Below, piece after piece: positions 21,979 to 32,007 of a stretch of 64,000 nt of DNA. Both the position numbers and the translations under genes were made by a program. The notes below the pieces were generated by a model. The model was not told where the DNA came from and made no database searches. It saw nothing but the letters and a program-made list of their open reading frames with translations. Every line of letters begins with the position of its first letter. Positions within the stretch are counted from its first letter, which is position 1. The stretch comes from Ruminococcus sp. (GTDB lineage Bacteria; Bacillota; Clostridia; Oscillospirales; Ruminococcaceae), in NCBI GenBank assembly GCA_022641595.1, contig JALCDN010000001.1:9244-73243 (forward strand), read 5' to 3'.

Positions 21979-22001
21979 TATATCAGCTCCTGTCGGTGGT
22001 T

Positions 22002-22733
22002 TTATTTCTCGAAATAGCGTTTCTTTCTGACGTAAAACGGTTCTGCTATGGCGGCAGCTTTTTTACCCATATCCTGTTCATAGCTTATGAAGCAAAGATG
22101 CTCGTTGTTCTTTACTATTTTTGACAGATACTTTGAAAGCGGTACAAACAGTTTCCTTGTACTTCCCATCATATCTACTACAAGCAGAATCTGCGGTCTT
22201 TCACATCCCTTTATCATTTCGACTATATAAGCACAGTCAACATTCGGCTGTTTTGAGAGGAATTTTGATGCAGCCTTAGTTATATGGCTAAGAGAATGCT
22301 CCGGTTCACGATAGCTTATTATATCAGCCTCGCTGTATGATATTGCTTTTATTTTTAGGTTCTGGGCTATCATAAGGATACTTTTTATTTCGACGGAAGA
22401 AAATTCTTTGCCGTATGAGTTAGGGTTCAGCACTGCTGATACCGACTGTATAAGATCAAAGAGCCTCAGACAGTTGATTTTATAGCAGTCCACATATCTT
22501 TTTGCGAATTGCTGCAAGGCTCTGAAGCTTGTAAAAAACGGAATAAAAACGTCACCACTTGGGTTTTGTGTTGTTACAAGTTCAAGCTTTACACCGCCCT
22601 CGCTTCGACTTCTTTCCTGTGTCACAGGCTTCTTGCAGATTACATAGACATCGCTTCTTATAAGTGTCTGCAAGAACTCCGACCTCTTGGACTGGTCGGT
22701 TATGGCGGCTTTAAGTAATTCGTCAAGGTTCAT
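22002..22733 (-). CDS. SseB (enhanced serine sensitivity) family protein, N- and C-terminal domains
   Basis: FIPFFTS, VLNP..YGKEF and C-terminal EPFY. Confidence 0.75.
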   Translation of the reverse strand: MNLDELLKAAITDQSKRSEFLQTLIRSDVYVICKKPVTQERSRSEGGVKLELVTTQNPSGDVFIPFFTSFRALQQFAKRYVDCYKINCLRLFDLIQSVSAVLNPNSYGKEFSSVEIKSILMIAQNLKIKAISYSEADIISYREPEHSLSHITKAASKFLSKQPNVDCAYIVEMIKGCERPQILLVVDMMGSTRKLFVPLSKYLSKIVKNNEHLCFISYEQDMGKKAAAIAEPFYVRKKRYFEK

Positions 22734-22768
22734 AATTATTCTTTCCTTTCATTGTATTTGTTTTCACA

Positions 22769-22927
22769 AGTATACCTCTAAAAACTCGTTTGATTAAGTG
22801 AAAAGCAGATAGGTGTTGCAGTTGCAGGAAAGCCTTCAGAAAGCGTGCTGTCGCACTATGATGGAGGTTGACGCAACAGATGCCGTACATAGCTGTTTTT
22901 TATCAAAAGGAGTTTTTAGATGTAACC
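22769..22927. mobile_element. MITE-like ~160-bp repeat, copy 1
   Basis: TACCTCTAAAAACTC...GAGTTTTTAGATGTA terminal inverted repeats; colinear with copies at 49979 and 59582. Confidence 0.8.
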
Positions 22928-22939
22928 ACAATATAATAT

Positions 22940-23551
22940 CTATCTGTTGCCTGCACTGAAAGCACGCAAGGTTTCTTTTATAAGCTCCTGAGTTGAGAGC
23001 TTTTCGTCAAGCTTTGCAAGAACCGGCATTATTTCGCCCTGTTCGTATCCGAGTACCATAAGTGCCTCAAGTGCTTCCGAAACGGCCGTACCGCCTGCCG
23101 CTGCACTTATTTCTGCAACGGTCTGGGTAAATCCTGATGCAGCCGAATCCTTTGAGATTTTATCTTTAAGCTCGAGAACTATTCTCTGAGCTGTTTTTGC
23201 TCCGATTCCCTTTGTTTTGGTAAACATTTTGCTGTCACCCGAGGCTATCAGCATTGCAAATTTTTCAGGTGTTACGTCTGAGAGAATGGCAAGTGCCGCC
23301 TTTGGTCCGACTCCCGATACTGATATCAGCATTTTGAAGCAGTTAAGCTCTTGTCTGTCGAAAAATCCGAAAAGCTCAACAGCGTCCTCCCTGACGTACA
23401 GCCATGTATAAAGAAACGCATCGTTTCCTGTTTCACCGAGCTTTGCGATTGTATTGTACGTTGTGCGGCAGGCATAGCCTACGCCTGCGCATTCTATTAC
23501 GGCAAGGTTTACTTCCTTAACGGTAAGCTTTCCACGAATGCTGTATATCAT
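22940..23551 (-). CDS. ruvA: Holliday junction DNA-binding protein RuvA
   Basis: GVGY, VREDA..LFGF, VSGVGPKAAL, GIGAKTAQRIVLEL and ALMVLGY. Confidence 0.96.
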   Translation of the reverse strand: MIYSIRGKLTVKEVNLAVIECAGVGYACRTTYNTIAKLGETGNDAFLYTWLYVREDAVELFGFFDRQELNCFKMLISVSGVGPKAALAILSDVTPEKFAMLIASGDSKMFTKTKGIGAKTAQRIVLELKDKISKDSAASGFTQTVAEISAAAGGTAVSEALEALMVLGYEQGEIMPVLAKLDEKLSTQELIKETLRAFSAGNR

Positions 23552-24048
23552 AGCTTTTTGTTACTCCTTATTGCATCAAAGCGGCAGCAATGACCGTGAC
23601 AGACAGCGATTGCCAGAGCATCTGCGGCGTCATCCGGCTTTGGAATATTTGCAAGTTTCAATATATTGCGTGTCATTTCCATTACTTGTTTTTTTTCGGC
23701 TTTCCCGTATCCTACAACAGCCTGTTTTACTTGCAGCGGAGTATATTCATAAATTGGTATACTTCGTGTTGCGGCTGAAAGCACGGTAACTCCCCTTGCC
23801 TGAGCAACATCTATTGCTGTTTTCTGGTTTGAGGTAAAGTAAAGTCTTTCGATAGCCATACAATCGGGTTTGAATTTATCAAAAATAAACTCAAGGTCAT
23901 CGTGAATCGCCTTGAGACGTACCGGAAAATCCGTACCTGCTTCTGTAAGTACAGCACCGTATTCTATCGTTTTAAAGTTCACACCGTCATAATCGAGAAC
24001 TCCGAATCCGACTATTGCATAGCCCGGGTCTATACCGAGAATCCGCAT
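23548..24048 (-). CDS. ruvC: Crossover junction endodeoxyribonuclease RuvC
   Basis: ILGIDPG, VAQARGV, YTPLQVK and DDAADALAIA. Confidence 0.97.
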   Translation of the reverse strand: MRILGIDPGYAIVGFGVLDYDGVNFKTIEYGAVLTEAGTDFPVRLKAIHDDLEFIFDKFKPDCMAIERLYFTSNQKTAIDVAQARGVTVLSAATRSIPIYEYTPLQVKQAVVGYGKAEKKQVMEMTRNILKLANIPKPDDAADALAIAVCHGHCCRFDAIRSNKKL

Positions 24049-24247
24049 AATAACTCCGTTTCAAATAATAAATTAGTAGTCTCACAAATCGCAGCAAATA
24101 CGTTCTGCTGTTTATTATGCTATTTTGCCTTTAAACTGCCAAAGCTGTTTCGTACATATTTGTGTCACTGATTTACACCCCTTTATTGCACATTTTTAAT
24201 TATAACACATTCCCCGAATCGTTTGCAATATATTTACCGTTTTTTTA

Positions 24248-24276
24248 TTGCTTTTCACAAAAAAATCTGATAGAAT
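24248..24276 (+). promoter_or_regulatory. Sigma-A promoter for pheA
   Basis: TTGCTT-17-TAGAAT with extended -10 TG. Confidence 0.6.
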
Positions 24277-24407
24277 ATATATGAAGTGCCTAATGGGAAA
24301 ACATACCTGATATGGCATATTACGGCATTTATGTTTTTCCTCGGAATACTTGCGGCTTCGATAGCTCGGGGTACGAACGATGCCTTGCTCAGGAGGATTT
24401 ATATATT

Positions 24408-25529
24408 ATGGAATTAAATGAACTGCGTAACAGTATAGACGATATCGACAAGGATATCCTTTCACTTTTTGAAAAACGTATGGACGTCTGCCGTCAGGTC
24501 GCTCTTTACAAAAAGCAACACGATATGCCCGTTTTTCAGAGCGGCCGTGAGGACGAAATTATAGCCAGAATCCGCAGAAATACAGCTGACCCTTCACTCA
24601 GAAACGGTACTGCTGCTCTCTTTACAACTATTATGGACATCAGCAAGCATCTTCAGCTTCAGGAGATACTGAGCGGTCACAGTCTGTCTTTTTCCGAAAT
24701 ATCAGACGAACAGCTAAGAAATGCTCCTAATGTCGCCTGTCAGGGCATCGCCGGTGCAAACTCAGAAACCGCCGCTTCTATGATTTTCGGTCAGCGTCAG
24801 TTCAAATTCCTGCACACCTTCGAGGACGTCTTCGATGCTGTTGAAAACGGCTCGGTTGACTACGGTGTTATCCCGATTCACAACTCAACCGCCGGCTCGG
24901 TTACCCAGACCTATGACCTTATGGCAAAATATAACTTCTTTATCGTAAAATCTGTATGTGTCGAAATCAAGCACTGTCTTGCCGCTGCAAAAGGTGTAAA
25001 GCTTTCTGATATCACTCAGGTCTATTCTCACCCTCAGGCTCTTTCTCAATGCTCAGGCTTCATCGCAAAAAACAACCTCAAACCCGTAAGCTACGACAAT
25101 ACTGCTACTGCCGCAAGATTTGCTGCACAAAACGGCGGTAACATCGCCGCTATCTGCTCTCACGAATGTGCTGCCAAGATGAACCTCGATATCCTCGCAG
25201 AAAATATCGCTGACACCTCACCTAATTTCACAAAATTTATCTGCATTTCAAAAAAATTCCGTCTTCTGCCCGATGCAGACACAATTTCCATTATACTGCG
25301 ACTGCCTAACACTCAGGGTAGTCTCTATCGTCTGCTGACCAAGTTCTTCGTCAACGGTCTCAATCTCGACAAGCTCGAAAGCAGACCAGCTAAAGATGGC
25401 AGCTTTGAAGTAGTCTTTTACCTCGACTTCAAGGGCAATATCAAAGACCCAAGCGTTGCCGCTCTTCTGGCTGAACTTGAACAGAATATCAGTTTCTTTA
25501 AATTTCTTGGCTCTCACTCTCAGTCTTAA
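24408..25529 (+). CDS. pheA: Bifunctional chorismate mutase/prephenate dehydratase
   Basis: LRNSIDDID (CM), NSTAGSV, SHPQALSQC, NFTKF and ACT domain KLESRP; AGGAGG at 24391 supports ATG 24408. Confidence 0.9.
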   Translation: MELNELRNSIDDIDKDILSLFEKRMDVCRQVALYKKQHDMPVFQSGREDEIIARIRRNTADPSLRNGTAALFTTIMDISKHLQLQEILSGHSLSFSEISDEQLRNAPNVACQGIAGANSETAASMIFGQRQFKFLHTFEDVFDAVENGSVDYGVIPIHNSTAGSVTQTYDLMAKYNFFIVKSVCVEIKHCLAAAKGVKLSDITQVYSHPQALSQCSGFIAKNNLKPVSYDNTATAARFAAQNGGNIAAICSHECAAKMNLDILAENIADTSPNFTKFICISKKFRLLPDADTISIILRLPNTQGSLYRLLTKFFVNGLNLDKLESRPAKDGSFEVVFYLDFKGNIKDPSVAALLAELEQNISFFKFLGSHSQS

Positions 25530-25627
25530 AAGCTATATAGTCAGTATGTATCTGCTTTGCATATCATTTGCACAGCTTTTACGCTTTATGCTTTATGCGG
25601 TATTGACTTAATTTTTGGAGGTCTGTT

Positions 25628-27988
25628 ATGTTTAAAAAACTCCTTGATTCAAAAAACTTTATCTTCCTCGATGGTGCAATGGGAACTATGATACAGTCAG
25701 CAGGTGTCGATGCAGGTCACGTTCCGGAACTGCTTAACGTCACTTCCCCTGAGCTTATTATGAATATACACCGTGCCTATGTTCAGGCAGGTGCTGACAT
25801 CATCTATGCCAACACTTTTGGTGCAAATTCTTTCAAGCTCCAAGACTCAGGCTTCAGCGTCGAACAAATCATCGGTTCGGCTGTCACAAACGCAAAAGCC
25901 GCTGCCAACGGAAAAGCCCTTGTCGCTCTCGATTTAGGCCCTATAGGTCAGCTTCTCGAACCTACAGGCACTCTCTCTTTTGAGGACGCTTATAACTGCT
26001 ACAAGCAGCAAATCCTCGCCGGACGTGATGCAGACCTTGTCGTTCTCGAAACTATGACAGACCTCTATGAGCTTAAAGCTGCTCTGCTTGCCGTCAAAGA
26101 ATGCTCAGCTCTCCCGGTCATCTGCACTATGACTTTCGAGGAAAACGGCCGCACTTTTACCGGCGTAAGCCCGGAATGTATGGTTGCAACAGTTGAAGGT
26201 CTCGGTGCAGACGCTATCGGCGTAAACTGCTCTCTCGGTCCAAAACAGCTCGCTCCTGTACTTGCTGAAATTGCATCTCTTACAACACTTCCTGTTGTTG
26301 CAAAGCCTAACGCCGGTCTTCCTGACCCGGTTACAAACCTTTTTAACGTTCTGCCCGACGAATTTGCAGAAAGTGCCACTGAGCTTGCTTCAATCGGTGT
26401 AAGAATCTTCGGCGGCTGCTGCGGAACAACCCCTGCACACATAAAAGCTCTCACAAGCCGACTTTCTTCCGTAAAGCCTGTTATCCCAAAAGTTTTGCGA
26501 ACCTCTAAGGTCTGCTCCGCAACCTCCTGCGTTATTATCAATCAGCCACGCATTATCGGCGAAAGAATTAACCCTACAGGCAAAAAGCGCTTCAAGCAGG
26601 CTCTCCTCGACGGCGATATAAACTACATTATCAGTCAGGCTGTTGAACAGATTCATGCAGGTGCAGATATTCTCGATGTAAATGTCGGTCTTCCGTCCAT
26701 TGACGAGAAAGCTATGATGGTATCCGCTGTAAAGGCTATTCAGGCTGTTTCTGACACCCCGCTGCAGCTCGACTCCACAATTCCGGAAGTCCTTGAGGCA
26801 GGTCTTCGCATCTACAACGGCAAACCTATAGTAAACTCTGTCAACGGTGAGGAGGACTCTCTCAATAATATTCTGCCGCTTGTTAAAAAATACGGTGCGG
26901 CTGTTGTAGGTCTTACTCTCGACAAAAACGGTATCCCTAAAACCGCTCAGGGAAGATTCGACATCGCAAAAAAAATTCTCGACCGTGCCTTGTCTCTCGG
27001 TATCCCAAAAGAGGACGTTTTCATCGACTGCCTTACACTGACAGCTTCAGCCGAACAGGACGGCGTTATGGAAACTCTTAACGCCCTCAGACGTGTAAAA
27101 CAAGAACTTGGTCTGCATACAGTCCTCGGAGTCTCAAATATTTCCTTTGGTCTGCCAAATCGTGAGCTTATTACACGAACTTTCCTTACTATGGCTCTGC
27201 AAAACGGTCTCGACCTCCCTATAATAAACCCTAATATCGAATCAATTACCGGTGCGGTAAGAGCCTACAAGCTGCTTTCCGGCATCGACAGAAACTCCGC
27301 TGACTTCATAAAGGCTTACTCAGACACGCCTGATACGCCACTGCCTTCAAAAGCTCAGTCTTCCACAGCTCCCGACATCTTCTTTGCTATGGAAAACGGT
27401 CTTAAACATGACGGCGAACTCGCTGTCACAAATCTTCTCAAAACTACTCCTCCTCTTGACATCATAAACAATTTTATGATTCCGGCTCTCGATACTGCCG
27501 GCTCTAAATTTGAAAAAGGTCAGATTTTCCTCCCTCAGCTTATCCTGACAGCAGGCGTTGCTCAGTCATGCTTCGATATCCTTAAAAAAGCCCTCTCTGA
27601 CTCCGGCTGCGCTCCAATTTCAAAGGGTGAAGTGGTTCTCGCTACAGTAAAGGGCGATATCCATGACATCGGCAAAAATATTGTCAAGGTTCTTCTCGAA
27701 AGCTACGGCTTCAAGGTCATAGACCTCGGCAAAGACGTCGACAAACGCACTGTAGTTGATGCTGCAATTAAGCACAAAGTCAAGCTCGTCGGTCTTTCCG
27801 CACTTATGACTACTACTCTTAAATCTATGGAGGAAACTATAGAACTTCTCAACCGTGAATACCCCGAATGTAAAACCGTTGTCGGAGGTGCTGTTCTCAC
27901 TTCCGACTATGCTGAACAAATTCATGCTGACTTCTATGCAAAGGACGCCAAAGAGTCAGTTGACATAGCTTCTAAGGTAATCGGCTGA
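25628..27988 (+). CDS. metH: Cobalamin-dependent methionine synthase (Hcy, folate and B12 domains; no AdoMet reactivation domain)
   Basis: LDGAMGT, GVNCSLGP, GGCCGT, IIGERINPTGK and KGDIHDIGKN. Confidence 0.9.
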   Translation: MFKKLLDSKNFIFLDGAMGTMIQSAGVDAGHVPELLNVTSPELIMNIHRAYVQAGADIIYANTFGANSFKLQDSGFSVEQIIGSAVTNAKAAANGKALVALDLGPIGQLLEPTGTLSFEDAYNCYKQQILAGRDADLVVLETMTDLYELKAALLAVKECSALPVICTMTFEENGRTFTGVSPECMVATVEGLGADAIGVNCSLGPKQLAPVLAEIASLTTLPVVAKPNAGLPDPVTNLFNVLPDEFAESATELASIGVRIFGGCCGTTPAHIKALTSRLSSVKPVIPKVLRTSKVCSATSCVIINQPRIIGERINPTGKKRFKQALLDGDINYIISQAVEQIHAGADILDVNVGLPSIDEKAMMVSAVKAIQAVSDTPLQLDSTIPEVLEAGLRIYNGKPIVNSVNGEEDSLNNILPLVKKYGAAVVGLTLDKNGIPKTAQGRFDIAKKILDRALSLGIPKEDVFIDCLTLTASAEQDGVMETLNALRRVKQELGLHTVLGVSNISFGLPNRELITRTFLTMALQNGLDLPIINPNIESITGAVRAYKLLSGIDRNSADFIKAYSDTPDTPLPSKAQSSTAPDIFFAMENGLKHDGELAVTNLLKTTPPLDIINNFMIPALDTAGSKFEKGQIFLPQLILTAGVAQSCFDILKKALSDSGCAPISKGEVVLATVKGDIHDIGKNIVKVLLESYGFKVIDLGKDVDKRTVVDAAIKHKVKLVGLSALMTTTLKSMEETIELLNREYPECKTVVGGAVLTSDYAEQIHADFYAKDAKESVDIASKVIG

Positions 27989-28091
27989 AAATCATTGCTT
28001 TTTTTCATCGCAATGCGTTTTTTACCGGTTTTCTGTCAATAATACTTACGGTAACCCAAAATTTATATATTATTTAGAAAGGTTGTTGTTT

Positions 28092-28343
28092 ATGAAAATT
28101 CTTGAATGCAAAAACTGTGGTGCTAAGGTAGAGGTCATCGAACCTTGCAACTGTGACGACTGCGGCATCGTCTGCTGTGGTACGGCTATGACAGAATGTG
28201 CTCCTGACGATATTTCCACCTCGTCTCATGACAATGACGGCAACATAATTTCTTGTGCCGACTGCGGTGCAAAAGTCAGAGTCATTACACCATGCACCTG
28301 CGATGACTGCGGCATAACCTGCTGCGACAAACCTATGAAGTAA
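28092..28343 (+). CDS. Small Cys-rich protein with two desulforedoxin-like repeats
   Basis: CxxCGAKV..I.PCxCDDCGI.CC twice; AAAGG RBS. Confidence 0.75.
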   Translation: MKILECKNCGAKVEVIEPCNCDDCGIVCCGTAMTECAPDDISTSSHDNDGNIISCADCGAKVRVITPCTCDDCGITCCDKPMK

Positions 28344-28353
28344 TTCAAAGTCA

Positions 28354-28391
28354 AAAACGGCATCACGAATTTCAAATCGTGATGCCGTTTT
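28354..28391. terminator. Bidirectional terminator
   Basis: AAAACGGCATCACGA...TCGTGATGCCGTTTT between convergent genes. Confidence 0.85.
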
Positions 28392-28401
28392 ACTTTATTT
28401 A

Positions 28402-30219
28402 TTAATCTTTTCGATCATCTCCGCATGGAAGTGACGTAAGTGTTCCAAGAATATACTGCTGTATTGCTACCGCATCCTGTGCGCTGATTCCACTTCCGGG
28501 ACTCTGAACGTCAGCATTCTTTGCTGCCTGTTCTGAAAGAGGATACTTATTCTGATTAATAAGGTATCTTCTTACCTTTACTACGTCAGAAATATCTACT
28601 CCTCCATCTTCATTTACATCGCCGTACTTTGCAGCCGTCTGCTGTGACGTTGTAGGCTCGGTAGTTGATGATGATGATGAACCATAACTGAAATTCTTCT
28701 TGATTTCAGGTGCATTTGCAAGAACGGTCTTTGCAGTTGTTGTGTCACCGCCGTATCTTGCACAAAGTCCTGATATTGCAAGTGCAAAACATCCGTTATA
28801 GTCCAAAGCAGGCTCTGTAAACTGATATGCATTCTGGCTGTCATTATATGTTCCGTTTGAATCAGGTCCGCCGATAAGAGTTCCGTAAGCTGTGTATTTT
28901 GCCGAAGTATTTGCATTAGCATCACCTGTTCCGGGATTTGCGGCACGATGATGTATTCTTGTTGGCCATGCTTTTCCGTATCCGATAAGGAAGCTCATAT
29001 TAAGCGGATTGTCTCCGAGAATATAGTTCATCTGATACTTTGCACCCTCGGCAGTTGATACATCTCCTGTAAGGTCAGCAAGGTGAAGTGCCATCATCTG
29101 CAAGCCACAGTTGTAACGTGATGCACCCCAACCTGCGGCATTATACTTACTTGTTGTAAGTCCGCCCTGATTGTTAAGTTCATACTTTACTTCGTTTATA
29201 TACGTTGACTTGTCATATCCAACTTCGGCAAGAAGTGCGGCATATCCGCTCCAGACCTTATCCCATGAGTAAATATAACCGTCATAATCACTGCCATTGT
29301 AGCAGGCATTTCCTGTTATTTTATATGTTGGAGTATATGATGAAGGCAGTTTTCCACCACCATCGGCAAGTGCACACCAAAGTTCAGACCACGCTATATC
29401 GTCTTTCTGACTTGATGAGCTATACATACTTCCAACACCGTCATCGGTTTTCTGAGGGTGCTGCGCTGCAAACTTCTGAAGTGCCTTGGCATATTTCAGA
29501 CACTTTGCTGCATATGTCGGATCAGAGCTTTTGAATGCAAGTGATGACGATGCAAGTGCTGATGCCATTTCTCCTGCTGCATCTGCCGACGGGTGTGACG
29601 CATCTGCCCAATATGTGGTTCGATTCATTGTCTGAACCTCAGGTGATGACCATACGCTGTGGTCTTCACCCTCGCTTGCAACCTGATAACAGAATGCAAT
29701 AACGTCACTGTTGCTGTCAAGATATGTTACCTTCATAAAGTAATCACAGAAATTCTTCAATATATATTTAAGATGTGCTTCACTACCTGTTTTCTGGTAT
29801 GCTTGCGGATATGTGAAATATGACCATGCAAGGCTTGTACATGAAAATCCCATTGTCATAGAAAATTTAATATGGTCGCCTGCATCGTGGTATCCGCCTG
29901 ATACGTCAACAGTATCAGAACCGCCGTTCTGAGACTTTATTGCTGAAGATGAGCTTCCGGAAAGTCCTTGTGCACTGTTAAGTGATGCCTTTGAATCATA
30001 TGTATGGCAGTCACCACGCCAAGTAAGTCCGTTTCCATCAACACCAGAACCGCATTGGTTTGCATCGTAAAAGTAAAGTGAAAGTTCAAGTGCCTCTGAA
30101 TAATTCTGGTCAGAAGCTGCCGATGAAGTAACGGCTGCGGCAAACGGCAGTGAAGCCGTCATAACAGCTGTGCTTACAAGTGCCGTTAAAAGGCGCTTTG
30201 CGATAGATTTTCTTTTCAT
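28402..30219 (-). CDS. Secreted GH9 endoglucanase with C-terminal dockerin
   Basis: Signal peptide from MKRKS (ATG 30219, GAGAGG RBS); GGYHDAGDHIKF, HHRAA and TEPALDYN; dockerin YGDVNEDGGVDISD. Confidence 0.92.
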   Translation of the reverse strand: MKRKSIAKRLLTALVSTAVMTASLPFAAAVTSSAASDQNYSEALELSLYFYDANQCGSGVDGNGLTWRGDCHTYDSKASLNSAQGLSGSSSSAIKSQNGGSDTVDVSGGYHDAGDHIKFSMTMGFSCTSLAWSYFTYPQAYQKTGSEAHLKYILKNFCDYFMKVTYLDSNSDVIAFCYQVASEGEDHSVWSSPEVQTMNRTTYWADASHPSADAAGEMASALASSSLAFKSSDPTYAAKCLKYAKALQKFAAQHPQKTDDGVGSMYSSSSQKDDIAWSELWCALADGGGKLPSSYTPTYKITGNACYNGSDYDGYIYSWDKVWSGYAALLAEVGYDKSTYINEVKYELNNQGGLTTSKYNAAGWGASRYNCGLQMMALHLADLTGDVSTAEGAKYQMNYILGDNPLNMSFLIGYGKAWPTRIHHRAANPGTGDANANTSAKYTAYGTLIGGPDSNGTYNDSQNAYQFTEPALDYNGCFALAISGLCARYGGDTTTAKTVLANAPEIKKNFSYGSSSSSTTEPTTSQQTAAKYGDVNEDGGVDISDVVKVRRYLINQNKYPLSEQAAKNADVQSPGSGISAQDAVAIQQYILGTLTSLPCGDDRKD

Positions 30220-30533
30220 ATTTTTCGTCCTCTCAAAATAAATAACAGTGACAGCACACAAGGCTTTTCTAATTCTGCTCAGCACATGATACCGTCACAA
30301 AAACGTATTAACACAGCAGTGCGGCTGTGTCGCATAATTATGATACTTTGCTCAACAATTAAGCAATTTTAATTCAGCATCATTACACAGTACAAATTAT
30401 ATCATAAAAATTGCTTGAAATGTTACTAAATTATGAATATTATATTAATGGCTGCAATTTTCTACCTTTTATTCAAAAAGTGAGCTCTGCTTTTGTGCAT
30501 TATGACATATATATTTTTGTCACTTTTTTACTC

Positions 30534-30562
30534 TTGCAAATTTGCTCGCATTATTGTATAAT
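30534..30562 (+). promoter_or_regulatory. Sigma-A promoter for rsmE
   Basis: TTGCAA-17-TATAAT. Confidence 0.7.
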
Positions 30563-30600
30563 TAATTTGTAATTACTTCTCTACGAAATGAGGTGCATAA

Positions 30601-31320
30601 ATGCCACGATTCTTCGCTGAATCCGTAAATACTGACAACCTCGTCATCACAGGCGATGACGCAAGACATATCGGCTTTTCCCTCAGAATGAAGCCTGGTG
30701 AAACCCTTACCCTCTGCTGCGATGGCATTGACTACTTCTGCTCTGTAGCTTCAATCTCTGAATCCGAAGTTCGCCTAAACCTCATCAGCTCACAAAAATG
30801 CGCCGCTGAACCAAATATCAATGTAACGCTATTTCAGGCAATCCCTAAACTTGACAAGCTCGAATTTATTATCCAGAAAACCGTCGAACTCGGTGTTACC
30901 CGTATAGTCCCGGTTCTCACAAGACGGTGCATCTCAAGGCCAACACAAAAAGACTTCGACAAAAAACTTTCACGGCTTAATAAAATTTCTGCCGAAGCCG
31001 CCAAACAGTCCGGCAGAGGCATTATCCCTCAGATTGCACCTATGACCCCTTTTAAAAGTGCGGTTGATATGCTCAGTCAGCTCGACTGCTCCCTCATTCT
31101 TTATGAGGAGGGCGGCATTTCTTTCGCTGACGCTAATATTCAAAATAAAAAAAACATCGGCATCATTATCGGCAGTGAGGGCGGTTTTGACCCGGAAGAA
31201 GTCGCTCTTGCCCAAAACGCTGGTGCTCAATCTATCTGGCTCGGCAAAAGAATCCTTCGCTGCGAAACCGCTCCGATTACTGCAATGTCAATTCTTATGT
31301 TTCTCACAAAAAATATGTAA
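30601..31320 (+). CDS. rsmE: 16S rRNA (uracil1498-N3)-methyltransferase RsmE
   Basis: MPRFF, KTVELGV, EAAKQSGR, IGSEGGF and LGKRILRCETA. Confidence 0.95.
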   Translation: MPRFFAESVNTDNLVITGDDARHIGFSLRMKPGETLTLCCDGIDYFCSVASISESEVRLNLISSQKCAAEPNINVTLFQAIPKLDKLEFIIQKTVELGVTRIVPVLTRRCISRPTQKDFDKKLSRLNKISAEAAKQSGRGIIPQIAPMTPFKSAVDMLSQLDCSLILYEEGGISFADANIQNKKNIGIIIGSEGGFDPEEVALAQNAGAQSIWLGKRILRCETAPITAMSILMFLTKNM

Positions 31321-31519
31321 AAGTGTTGATTTTTTCAAACAAGTATGTTATAATTAATTTGTAATCAACCGTCGTCGGTGTGCGACGCTATATTTTTTGA
31401 ACCTGACCGATTCCATTATGTGCCGATTATCGCCACTTTCTTTATTTATCAACGACGTTTTCCGCACTGCTGAATTTCAAAAGGCTCATGACTTCTGAAA
31501 AAGAAAAGAGGAAACTTTT

Positions 31520-31828
31520 ATGAAAAAACTTTCTATTATCGCTATCATTCTTGGTACTGCTGCCGCTACAGGATTCTTCGTTTCAAAAATGCTTAAAGGC
31601 AAAAAAAATAATGACGACCTTTTCGACGATGACGATGATTGCGACTGCGATTGCTGTAACTGCGACTCCGATATCAATGTCGTTATCCCTGATGAAGGCT
31701 CCGACGAATGTATCGAGACTCCTGAAGCCGGTTCCGACTCTGATGCTGGTACAGATGCCGATTCTGCCACTGATGCAGATTCTGCTGCTGATAACGACTC
31801 TGAAGAAAAGTCTTCTGACCTTGACTGA
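31520..31828 (+). CDS. Small membrane-anchored acidic, Cys-cluster hypothetical protein
   Basis: N-terminal hydrophobic helix, DDDDDCDCDCCNCD, DADSA repeats; AGAGGA RBS and terminator. Confidence 0.65.
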   Translation: MKKLSIIAIILGTAAATGFFVSKMLKGKKNNDDLFDDDDDCDCDCCNCDSDINVVIPDEGSDECIETPEAGSDSDAGTDADSATDADSAADNDSEEKSSDLD

Positions 31829-31836
31829 TTACTCTT

Positions 31837-31871
31837 ATTGTATCCTCATGAGCTTTTCATGAGGATACAAT
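31837..31871 (+). terminator. Hairpin terminator
   Basis: ATTGTATCCTCATGA / TCATGAGGATACAAT. Confidence 0.7.
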
Positions 31872-31942
31872 GTCTGTTTTTAACTAAGCAGTTTTACTTT
31901 TTGATGTTTTTTTGTAAAATATGACAAATTTTGATTTTCCTA

Positions 31943-31971
31943 TTGACATTTCATTGCTGCTGTTGTATAAT
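31943..31971 (+). promoter_or_regulatory. Consensus sigma-A promoter for tRNA-Pro
   Basis: TTGACA-17-TATAAT. Confidence 0.85.
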
Positions 31972-32007
31972 AATAAAGCTGTCAGATATTTGACTGCTTC
32001 AACTAAT

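Noticed and set aside
22769-22927. Repeat family as CRISPR repeats
   Set aside because: Dispersed ~160-bp units with terminal inverted repeats, no spacer periodicity, no cas genes.
24312-24396. SAM-III/SAM-VI or T-box riboswitch before pheA-metH
   Set aside because: Only short word matches (GAUGCCUUG); conserved cores not present.
25628-27988. metH as truncated pseudogene
   Set aside because: Ends cleanly after the B12 domain; a separate reactivation protein is a known arrangement in Clostridia.
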